Positions 15,045 to 22,364 of a stretch of DNA of 43,971 nt are shown here, in pieces. The stretch's first letter is position 1. Every line of letters starts with the position of its first letter. This DNA comes from a virus, in IMG/VR virus record IMGVR_UViG_3300010401_000016, positions 1 to 43,971 of that record; one strand, given 5' to 3'. Position numbers and translations under genes: made by a program. The notes under the pieces were generated by a model, which searched no databases, was not told the origin of the DNA, and was given only the letters and a program-made list of their open reading frames with translations.

Positions 15045-15521
15045 ATGGAAGCAACACAAAATAAATCATCAATTGAATCAGTGCAAGAAAATCATGCAAT
15101 AAATTCGAAACTGATTGCAGCGCAGAATTACATCAATTCATCCATTTTGAAAGCCTCAAAGCATCTCAAATATACAGTTTCAACCAATGCCCCCAGCTCG
15201 TATGCTTCATTGATTCAATGCCCCTCACTCGTCATATGGAATGGTGAAAGTGATCAAACCATATTCAATGATTCAAGTGTCAACTATGCATTTCGTGCCA
15301 TCCATGATCAGGCCCACAAAACATATAGAATCAATTTCAATCCGATCAATGAAATAGAATTAGGACGCATTCAAGCCAGCCTTTTCAACTCTGATTTATT
15401 GCGTGAATTGGTCTATTGTGAGATCGCAGAGCAAGCAAAATACTATCTCAAAAACGGTGTATTTGTACCCGATCAAAAATCTTTCACATTGTCTTATTTA
15501 ACCAGTAAAGGAGTGCTTTAA
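15045..15521 (+). CDS. Hypothetical early protein (158 aa).
   Basis: Track ORF and the first gene of the rightward arm. Confidence 0.6.
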   Translation: MEATQNKSSIESVQENHAINSKLIAAQNYINSSILKASKHLKYTVSTNAPSSYASLIQCPSLVIWNGESDQTIFNDSSVNYAFRAIHDQAHKTYRINFNPINEIELGRIQASLFNSDLLRELVYCEIAEQAKYYLKNGVFVPDQKSFTLSYLTSKGVL

Positions 15522-15522
15522 T

Positions 15523-15933
15523 ATGAACTATAACCCATTTCAATCCATTATCATTTTCAGCGTTGACGAGGCGAACAAACCAGCAAGCGAAATTATCGCA
15601 GCTCGTGACATTGCCCGTCAATCATTCGAAAAACAAGGTATCAAAGCAAAGACAGCTATAGGGCAATATAAAGGCATTCAGGAAAATAGCTTTATAATCG
15701 AAAATACGCTCTCAAATTTCGTTTTAGCCCGTGAACTTGCAAAGCAATTCAACCAAGAATCTATATTGCTTAGGGATTCAAAAGGATACGCAACATTATA
15801 TTTCATCGATTATCAAAATCATAAGCCTGTTGAATTGGGTTACCTTGGCAAAGTATCAGAGCAATACGCAAAGACTCAGGACTCATGGACGTATGACCTT
15901 GAAACGGGTGAATATTACGCAATAACCAAATAA
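15523..15933 (+). CDS. Hypothetical early protein (136 aa).
   Basis: Track ORF with an AAGGAG Shine-Dalgarno site upstream. It starts 1 nt after the previous stop. Confidence 0.65.
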   Translation: MNYNPFQSIIIFSVDEANKPASEIIAARDIARQSFEKQGIKAKTAIGQYKGIQENSFIIENTLSNFVLARELAKQFNQESILLRDSKGYATLYFIDYQNHKPVELGYLGKVSEQYAKTQDSWTYDLETGEYYAITK

Positions 15934-15944
15934 CGAGGGAAGCA

Positions 15945-16592
15945 ATGCATTATCTAAAAATATATACAAAGTACGCCAAAAAAGAGAACTTGAAATATAA
16001 ACAATTCTTAAATGATGCTTGCTCAGGTGATACCGATCAAATGCGCGTTTATAACAGATTGCTTTTTGCTTTCTTGTCGGTCAATACATCATACGACAAA
16101 ACAGCAAAGGCATATGACGACATGAAAAATAAATATTGGTTAGATACCACTGAAACAATGAATAAACTTTTAGAGCATGGTATACATTATGCAGCGTCAA
16201 GGGCTGGCTATATAGCTCTGACATCGAATGACTTTATATCGAACTATGATAGTTTTTTAATTGGTGACTGCGAATCATGGAATGATTATCGAAATAGACT
16301 GGTTGAAAAAATCAAAGGTCTTGCCCTGGTTAAAGTTTCATTCTTTATAACCCTGGTTTACAAAGACGCTGATATATGCTGTCTTGATCGCTGGGTATTG
16401 CGTTTAATGGGTAAAAAAGACCCCGAAAAATTCATGAGATTGCTTGCACATCGTAACAGATACCAAAGATTAGAAGCAATTTTACGTAAACAAGCTCAGT
16501 CAATAAAAATTCCCTTGTTTCAATATCAATGGGCGGCATGGGACAAAATACAAAACAAACCTAATGCAATGGAAGTGCTACATGGAAGCTAA
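15945..16592 (+). CDS. Ogg2-like HhH-GPD DNA glycosylase (putative).
   Basis: LLFAFLSVNTSYDKTAKAY plus KGLALVKVSFFITLVYKDADICCLDRWVLRLMG resemble the Ogg2/AGOG-type HhH Lys and the ...LDRH... Asp region. The Shine-Dalgarno site is GAGGGAAG. Confidence 0.45.
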   Translation: MHYLKIYTKYAKKENLKYKQFLNDACSGDTDQMRVYNRLLFAFLSVNTSYDKTAKAYDDMKNKYWLDTTETMNKLLEHGIHYAASRAGYIALTSNDFISNYDSFLIGDCESWNDYRNRLVEKIKGLALVKVSFFITLVYKDADICCLDRWVLRLMGKKDPEKFMRLLAHRNRYQRLEAILRKQAQSIKIPLFQYQWAAWDKIQNKPNAMEVLHGS

Positions 16593-16749
16593 ACAACTAA
16601 AACGGGCTGTTAAACTTACGCAATTCATGGAAGAGAATGGAATCGCGCTAGCTATGCAAGTTTTGCATGGTGTGAAAATATCAAACCAAAAACTTACAGC
16701 TTTAAAAATTATCAAGGCATATGAAGCAAGAAAGAAAGTGACCAAATGA
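16582..16749 (+). CDS. Hypothetical small protein (55 aa). The start is refined from the track value.
   Basis: ATG at 16582 follows GGAAGTG. The stop overlaps the next start as ATGA. Confidence 0.45.
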   Translation: MEAKQLKRAVKLTQFMEENGIALAMQVLHGVKISNQKLTALKIIKAYEARKKVTK

Positions 16750-17150
16750 CACCAAAACAAGCGCAGCATATACTTGGAAAGATCAAATACAAACCAAACT
16801 TTTCAATAAGTTCCGAAATACAACCAGAACAAAAAATGCTTCGGGTACTCATGAAACTTGATAGTGTCATAGATGCATATGATCACAGAAAATTCACCCA
16901 ACTATATGGAAATTGGTTGTTACCATTTACAGAACTGAGAATGCACGATGTAAGATCATTCCTTTATGAAATACGCAAACAGATTCAGCGAATGGAATTA
17001 CACGAGGTTGACGAGTTCCTAGAAATCGAATCGAACAAAGTTTTTGACCCTCACAACCCCGACAGAACAAAATTTGAAATGTCAAGCAAAAAAATTGAGT
17101 TGGAATTGTATTATTTTGATTCCCTCTCACAACAAGAAAGGATAAAATAG
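16746..17150 (+). CDS. Hypothetical protein (134 aa).
   Basis: Track ORF, translationally coupled through an ATGA overlap. Confidence 0.55.
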   Translation: MTPKQAQHILGKIKYKPNFSISSEIQPEQKMLRVLMKLDSVIDAYDHRKFTQLYGNWLLPFTELRMHDVRSFLYEIRKQIQRMELHEVDEFLEIESNKVFDPHNPDRTKFEMSSKKIELELYYFDSLSQQERIK

Positions 17151-17154
17151 GCCC

Positions 17155-17475
17155 ATGAATACAAAAAAAATCATTGTTTTAGGTGTCCTCAGTGGTATAG
17201 CTTTAATCTTAGGGGTAAAAGTGATCAATCAACATAAGATTGACTCTTTCAATCCATCGAATTACCCAGCCGAAGAGATCCAAAAGGCAGAGCGTCAATG
17301 TGTATCTGAATTTTATACAAAAGAAACCATCGAAAAAGTAATGCCGGAACTTTGTAAACAATTCGGCAGATCATTGGAAAATTGCGATTTCACAGGGTTT
17401 GAAACTTTGTTAGGCCGTGATCAATGGCTGGTATCTTGTGAACGTGAAAAACTTTTAAAATTAGGGAGTATATAA
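17155..17475 (+). CDS. Hypothetical membrane-anchored protein (106 aa).
   Basis: Track ORF with the N-terminal hydrophobic segment IIVLGVLSGIALILGV. Confidence 0.55.
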   Translation: MNTKKIIVLGVLSGIALILGVKVINQHKIDSFNPSNYPAEEIQKAERQCVSEFYTKETIEKVMPELCKQFGRSLENCDFTGFETLLGRDQWLVSCEREKLLKLGSI

Positions 17476-17476
17476 T

Positions 17477-17650
17477 ATGAGCGAAAAAGAAATCAATTAT
17501 CAAAATTTAATGCGGCCTATAATTCCTGCTGGGGCAATAGCTGCGGGTGTGAGTTATGCATTTAACCACTCTATTTTATATTCAATCGGACATTTCTTTT
17601 TGGGTTATGCATATTTGGCTTACAAAATAACACAACATTACATTGGATAG
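17477..17650 (+). CDS. Small hydrophobic protein (57 aa), below the track length cutoff.
   Basis: Hand translation gives MSEKEINYQNLMRPIIPAGAIAAGVSYAFNHSILYSIGHFFLGYAYLAYKITQHYIG. It fills the gap between neighbouring genes and follows a GGGAG Shine-Dalgarno site. Confidence 0.4.
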   Translation: MSEKEINYQNLMRPIIPAGAIAAGVSYAFNHSILYSIGHFFLGYAYLAYKITQHYIG

Positions 17651-17651
17651 T

Positions 17652-17924
17652 ATGACTAAAACTTTTCAATATGAATTCGATATGGCAGACGAGGGGACAG
17701 AAACCTGGGATGTTCAGATTGAATACTCAACAGTTACAGATCGAAACTATGGGGCCGATGCAGATGGCAATCGTGGCATGGAAGTAACTTTTATTGAAGA
17801 CGTAAAATTCCAAATCTTTGACCCAAAAGGCAAAGACATAACCAACACCGTAATGGAAACTTGGAATGGCGACTATGTTGCAATCGAAAAAGAAGTTCAA
17901 GCGTATGTTGATGGGGGCATGTAA
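17652..17924 (+). CDS. Hypothetical protein (90 aa). The ATG start is refined from the track TTG.
   Basis: Track ORF with the first ATG at 17652 (MTKTFQYEF...). Confidence 0.5.
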   Translation: MTKTFQYEFDMADEGTETWDVQIEYSTVTDRNYGADADGNRGMEVTFIEDVKFQIFDPKGKDITNTVMETWNGDYVAIEKEVQAYVDGGM

Positions 17925-18142
17925 TGTCCATCGAAGCAAGAATAAATAAATATTTCGGCGGTATCAAAAAAGAAGAGGGAATGTTCGAAAAAGACATCTG
18001 CCGTAAAGATCTCAACACGAGACTTCATTCCCTCTTATCTTCTGTCAGGTATTTAACAAATAAGGGAAAGATCACACCTATGCACAGCTCAAATTATGAG
18101 CTTGCAATATTAGATGTTTTGAGTATCGTGGAGAAACTTTGA
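17924..18142 (+). CDS. Hypothetical protein (72 aa).
   Basis: Track ORF overlapping the previous stop as ATGTAATG. It contains the inverted AGAGGGAATG/CATTCCCTCT pair. Confidence 0.5.
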   Translation: MSIEARINKYFGGIKKEEGMFEKDICRKDLNTRLHSLLSSVRYLTNKGKITPMHSSNYELAILDVLSIVEKL

Positions 18143-18501
18143 AACGTGTAGTTTTAGATATTGAAGACAATCTACACACGATTATGAGTGTAAGAGCTGA
18201 ACAGAACGGCGAAAAGATCCCTCACATGCTCAAGCGTTTACTGTATGGAGTATTCAATTATATTCCCATGAAACCTATTAGAGTTAGACAAAACCTGGAT
18301 GAACGATTCAAATCTGAACCTTGGTATATCGAATACAAAATGCTTTCAACCATCAAAAAAACAAAATCTTTAAATACCGATCAAACCCTTCGCCATATGG
18401 AACTTCAAAAGAAGTTGGCACGAATAATGAATGCAGAATATCAAAAAACTTATACAAAGAAAAAGAAAAAAGTAATTGAATCGAACAAAGATATAGTATA
18501 A
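18139..18501 (+). CDS. Hypothetical basic protein (120 aa, TTG start).
   Basis: Track ORF whose start overlaps the previous stop. Confidence 0.45.
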   Translation: MKRVVLDIEDNLHTIMSVRAEQNGEKIPHMLKRLLYGVFNYIPMKPIRVRQNLDERFKSEPWYIEYKMLSTIKKTKSLNTDQTLRHMELQKKLARIMNAEYQKTYTKKKKKVIESNKDIV

Positions 18502-18525
18502 AATTATAGTATGAAGGGATGGAAA

Positions 18526-18687
18526 ATGGAAAACTTCGTAAAACCACTATTAGAAAAAGAAGAGCAAAAGCCAGTTCAGCTTGAATTGGAATTGCCTCAG
18601 CCTTATATCATTCCATCACCTGAAGACAAAGACAAACCTTTCGAGCGCATTCATGATCTATTATCAGAGGATGAATATGGATGCTAG
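18526..18687 (+). CDS. Small acidic protein (53 aa), below the track length cutoff.
   Basis: Hand translation gives MENFVKPLLEKEEQKPVQLELELPQPYIIPSPEDKDKPFERIHDLLSEDEYGC. It follows GAAGGGATGG. Confidence 0.35.
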   Translation: MENFVKPLLEKEEQKPVQLELELPQPYIIPSPEDKDKPFERIHDLLSEDEYGC

Positions 18688-18937
18688 AGCCGACATTCTG
18701 TCATACATTGTTGAGTCCATTGAAGTAACTGATATGTCAAACGGTACTGCAACATTTAAATTTAATTTCGATAAAAAGAGATTGATACCAGCTCATTGGG
18801 GCGTATCCAGTGAAGTCATGGCAGATATATTGAGCGAAGGTTCAATGAAACTTTTAGCAGAGGCAATGATCTGGCCTGTTGAGCTAGACATTTTTGCATA
18901 TAACGAAGAGAGACAAGAAGCGAAGGGAATTTATTAA
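18677..18937 (+). CDS. Hypothetical protein (about 86 aa). The start is refined from the track TTG at 18581.
   Basis: ATG at 18677 lies 7 nt after GAGG (MDARADILSYIVES...). An alternative ATG is at 18671. Confidence 0.45.
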   Translation: MDARADILSYIVESIEVTDMSNGTATFKFNFDKKRLIPAHWGVSSEVMADILSEGSMKLLAEAMIWPVELDIFAYNEERQEAKGIY

Positions 18938-19207
18938 ATGGATTTCCCTCCAGACTATTTTAAATTATTAATTGAGAGAGAAAAAATGTCGCAACGAAGT
19001 AACACAAATATTGTATGGCAAGACTGTGATGCACTATCAGTCCCTACAGATCGAAAGAATGAATTAATTTTAAAGCATCTCGAAAAAGTTGTTCTAGGTC
19101 TTACAAATCTGACTGGAATGAAATTTCAAATGGGAATCGAAACCTGGGTTGATACTGGCAGAGAGCTTTCAATCCGTCACTGGAGATTGGTATCAGAACA
19201 TGAGTAG
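18938..19207 (+). CDS. Hypothetical protein (89 aa).
   Basis: Track ORF starting directly after the previous stop. Confidence 0.5.
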   Translation: MDFPPDYFKLLIEREKMSQRSNTNIVWQDCDALSVPTDRKNELILKHLEKVVLGLTNLTGMKFQMGIETWVDTGRELSIRHWRLVSEHE

Positions 19208-19370
19208 AGATGTCACTATAGCCTTTCGAACCAAAGCTGAAATCAAACAAGCTTTGAAAGATCAAGCTGCAAAAATGAATATGAGTTTTGCAGAATATAT
19301 GAATTATATTTCATGTGCATCTACAAACACCAAATTTGATCTTAAAAATTTTTACAGGGTCAAGAAATGA
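19200..19370 (+). CDS. Ribbon-helix-helix (CopG/Arc-like) DNA-binding protein (putative).
   Basis: MSRDVTIAFRTKAEIKQALKDQAAKMNMSFAEYMNYI has a beta-strand then helix-helix pattern. The start is refined from the track value to the ATG at 19200. Confidence 0.45.
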   Translation: MSRDVTIAFRTKAEIKQALKDQAAKMNMSFAEYMNYISCASTNTKFDLKNFYRVKK

Positions 19371-19771
19371 ATAGAGCAACACTACTTTTTGTTTCCCTCT
19401 TTATGGGCTGTTCTATTGAGATCGACTCAAGACAAATCAAACCATTATCAACAGAATATTTAAATGATGAAAAATTATTGAACGCAGTGATCAAAGTTGA
19501 AAGTAATTATAATGAACATGCTTATAATGAATTCACTGGAGCTGTTGGCCTTATGCAATTGACACCTATTGTTTACAGTGGAGTCTGTGGACTTACGAAA
19601 GAACAGGCATTTGAAAGAGATCGCAACATTTCTTGTGGTGATTTATATTTACACTCGCTATTAAAAAAATATGGTGGAAATGTAGAAAAAGCATTGACCT
19701 ATTATAATAATGGTCATATAGTTAGAAATAAGAATTACGCAAAAAAAGTCATGAAAGGACAAAATGAGTAA
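19367..19771 (+). CDS. Lytic transglycosylase (SLT domain) lipoprotein.
   Basis: Lipobox LFMGC at the N-terminus. The SLT motif is VESNYNEHAYNEFTGAVGLMQLTP...YYNNG. Confidence 0.75.
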   Translation: MNRATLLFVSLFMGCSIEIDSRQIKPLSTEYLNDEKLLNAVIKVESNYNEHAYNEFTGAVGLMQLTPIVYSGVCGLTKEQAFERDRNISCGDLYLHSLLKKYGGNVEKALTYYNNGHIVRNKNYAKKVMKGQNE

Positions 19772-20018
19772 CAATACAATCCAACGTAAGATGAAAAAGA
19801 AATCCCAGGCTCAGAAAATTGCAGTTCTTGAAGCACGAGTCAATGATCATGCACGAGCCATCAATATGTCTGCACTGGCTCACGAAGGTGTCAACAATAT
19901 GCTCTCAGCTCTTCTTGAAAAATTAGATCTTGAAATTAAACAAGACGACAAAGGTGTACCACAAATTGTAAGTAAATCTGGAATTGTAACACTTGAAGAA
20001 GTAAAAAAAGGATTATAA
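19764..20018 (+). CDS. Hypothetical coiled-coil protein (84 aa).
   Basis: Track ORF with an AAAGGA Shine-Dalgarno site. Confidence 0.5.
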   Translation: MSNNTIQRKMKKKSQAQKIAVLEARVNDHARAINMSALAHEGVNNMLSALLEKLDLEIKQDDKGVPQIVSKSGIVTLEEVKKGL

Positions 20019-20019
20019 C

Positions 20020-20235
20020 ATGACACTTGATGTACGAGTAAGACAAATGTTCACTGCTTTTGAAGGTGCTACATCTCAGGAAACCATTACGCTTTATGGT
20101 GCATTAGTTGCATCTTTAATCGGTGGGTCCAAAGGAGAGGGAAGTTCTACAGCTACAACTTTGAAAGATACTGTTGATGCAGTTCTCACAGCTAAATCGA
20201 ATCTTGAAGAGGGATTGCCTGATGAAGAAGATTAA
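20020..20235 (+). CDS. Hypothetical protein (71 aa).
   Basis: Track ORF with an AAAGGA Shine-Dalgarno site. Confidence 0.5.
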   Translation: MTLDVRVRQMFTAFEGATSQETITLYGALVASLIGGSKGEGSSTATTLKDTVDAVLTAKSNLEEGLPDEED

Positions 20236-21073
20236 GAAAATGACCGTCAGCAATTCTACTTTGCAGAGTTATCGCAAATGTGGAATGCTCTTCCTTCAAG
20301 AAAACGTCATGCGTCTTGAGCCGAAAGAGCCTAAAATTGCCCTGTCATTCGGCTCATTAATTCATGCCGGATTAGAAGCTCACTATGATGGCAGAGAGAT
20401 TAGACTTGAAGATGTGGCAGCTCCTGAGTTGAGACTGGTTGAACACGGTGAACGCTACAGTATAAATCATGCCTGGAATCTTCTTGAACGATACAAAATG
20501 TTTTACAAGGATATTGACAAAGAATATGAAAATATTGCAACAGAACAAGAATTTACGATTCAAATTAATGAGTGGTTGTTCTACACGGGTTCCATTGATC
20601 AGTACGTCAGGAAAATTTCTAATGGTGGAATTAGACAACGTGACCACAAAACTACGTCGAGTTTCTATAATTTCATCCCAATGGCAAAACCCAACCATCA
20701 AGCCACAGGTTATATTTTCTTGTTGCAAGAAGTCGCGGGTATTGCAGTTGAAGATTTTGAATTCAATGGAATCAACTCAAAAGTCCTGGACTTCAAAGAC
20801 CCCAATAAATTGTTCATGCGTACAACCACGACTCGCAATCAATTGGAGATTGAAGAATGGAAGCAAGGCATGATCAAAGAGGCCACAAAGATGAAAGCAG
20901 ACATTGAGGCTGATGACTATAGTTTCAATGACACAGCTTGCAATCTGTATGGTCGCTGCCAATTTGCAGATGTTTGTTCCCTCTCACCTGAGAACCGAGC
21001 AGACTTTATTAAAAATTCATTTAAAGTAAAAGATGAGGCTCATGCATTTCGCGTTGAGTTTGAAGGAGAATAA
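20222..21073 (+). CDS. PD-(D/E)XK nuclease, Cas4/RecB-like, with a Cys cluster.
   Basis: GSIDQYV...RQRDHKTT (D...D/ExK) and four Cys (YRKC; CNLYGRCQFADVC) typical of Cas4-like Fe-S nucleases. The start is refined to the ATG at 20222. Confidence 0.7.
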   Translation: MKKIKKMTVSNSTLQSYRKCGMLFLQENVMRLEPKEPKIALSFGSLIHAGLEAHYDGREIRLEDVAAPELRLVEHGERYSINHAWNLLERYKMFYKDIDKEYENIATEQEFTIQINEWLFYTGSIDQYVRKISNGGIRQRDHKTTSSFYNFIPMAKPNHQATGYIFLLQEVAGIAVEDFEFNGINSKVLDFKDPNKLFMRTTTTRNQLEIEEWKQGMIKEATKMKADIEADDYSFNDTACNLYGRCQFADVCSLSPENRADFIKNSFKVKDEAHAFRVEFEGE

Positions 21074-21074
21074 T

Positions 21075-21353
21075 ATGTTTAAGGCAATAATTCAAAATGT
21101 ATTTAAGACACATAAAATTTTAGCTGTGATTGGAAAATTGATTGATGATAAATTTTTGAAACAGCAAAAAGAGATTGAAGATTTGAAAAAACGAGTATCA
21201 GCTACTAATGACTTTTTGTTTAGCCTGGTTGATGTTCTTGAAACATCACGCAAGAAAAACAAAGGTGCAGTTGCTGCGGAAGTTCTGTATGGAATTAAGA
21301 AATTAATTTCGGACTTTTCGAAAACTGCTGAGGAAACAAAAAGTGAAAGTTAA
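21075..21353 (+). CDS. Hypothetical protein (92 aa). The start is refined from the track value.
   Basis: ATG at 21075 follows GAAGGAGAA (MFKAIIQNVF...). Confidence 0.5.
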   Translation: MFKAIIQNVFKTHKILAVIGKLIDDKFLKQQKEIEDLKKRVSATNDFLFSLVDVLETSRKKNKGAVAAEVLYGIKKLISDFSKTAEETKSES

Positions 21354-21693
21354 ACAATTCATACCTGGAAAAGATTTCAAAGTTCCAGATTCTTTTGAGG
21401 TCACAGTCAAATATTTGAGTGGTCGAGTTGAGAAGATTGAAGCTGTTGAAAGAATCATGGTGATTTGTCAGACAGTTCCAGATCCAAATAATCCTGCATT
21501 TAAGATTGTTGTTCCTATGCATGGCAATTCTTACATTGAGTTTTTGACTGTTGATGATCTCTACAAGCAAGTGGTCATCTCAACTGTTGAATCGTTCTCA
21601 TATAACCTTGATTATACACGAATGATTGACAGAGCAAGGGAACGCGAAAAGGAAAGACTTCAACCAAAGAAAAAGGAAAAGAAAGCCGAATGA
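21343..21693 (+). CDS. Hypothetical protein (116 aa, GTG start).
   Basis: Track ORF overlapping its neighbours at both ends. Confidence 0.5.
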   Translation: MKVKQFIPGKDFKVPDSFEVTVKYLSGRVEKIEAVERIMVICQTVPDPNNPAFKIVVPMHGNSYIEFLTVDDLYKQVVISTVESFSYNLDYTRMIDRAREREKERLQPKKKEKKAE

Positions 21694-21893
21694 CGTTTGA
21701 TCAGATGACATTTTTTATAATTTTGAATGGCTACGATCCTAAAGGATTACACGAGATGAGCTATGCAAAACTTGAAAAATATTATTTGAAATGCAAGAAA
21801 CATCATGATGAGACTTTGAAAAAGAAAAAAGAAGCAAAGGAAAGACCAGTTAAGAAATTTTTTGATATGGATGAAGGATGGAGCAGAAAATGA
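21690..21893 (+). CDS. Hypothetical protein (67 aa).
   Basis: Track ORF with an ATGA overlap to the previous gene. Confidence 0.5.
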   Translation: MTFDQMTFFIILNGYDPKGLHEMSYAKLEKYYLKCKKHHDETLKKKKEAKERPVKKFFDMDEGWSRK

Positions 21894-22051
21894 GAACATT
21901 TTTATATTATTTTAATCGTACATTATTGAGTTTGAATGTTGCTTTGGCTGTAGTCAATGTCACTACAGGTCACTACGGACTCCTGGCTGTAAATGTAGGA
22001 GCTGCGCTGATAAACATTTTAGCAATCAAGACTGAAAACCTTGGAGGGTAA
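21890..22051 (+). CDS. Small hydrophobic protein (53 aa), below the track length cutoff.
   Basis: Hand translation gives MRTFLYYFNRTLLSLNVALAVVNVTTGHYGLLAVNVGAALINILAIKTENLGG. It has an ATGA overlap with the previous stop. Confidence 0.35.
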   Translation: MRTFLYYFNRTLLSLNVALAVVNVTTGHYGLLAVNVGAALINILAIKTENLGG

Positions 22052-22052
22052 C

Positions 22053-22364
22053 GTGACCAAAGCAGAAAAATTAATTAAAGCTCAGGAATTAAGAGACTCG
22101 TGGTATGAATTGTCATACTGGGAAGAAAGACTTGGATCCCCTGCTATTGAATTGATTGAGTCTCAGGATGAGTCTGCTTCATATGAAATGGATCGCGCTC
22201 ATATTTTCAAATTGATGAATGGCAAATTCGCATATATAACTGAGTCAGGATGTTCCTGCTATAGCAGTGATCAAGCTGATATTCAGATCTTTGATTCCAT
22301 TAAACCTGCTGCAAAACTGATGACTGAATGGAAGAAAGAAAATAAAGGACGTTATGGAAGATAA
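22053..22364 (+). CDS. Hypothetical protein (103 aa) coupled to rtcB.
   Basis: The track ORF is refined to the GTG at 22053, which follows GGAGGG. The stop overlaps the rtcB start by 11 nt. Confidence 0.5.
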   Translation: MTKAEKLIKAQELRDSWYELSYWEERLGSPAIELIESQDESASYEMDRAHIFKLMNGKFAYITESGCSCYSSDQADIQIFDSIKPAAKLMTEWKKENKGRYGR

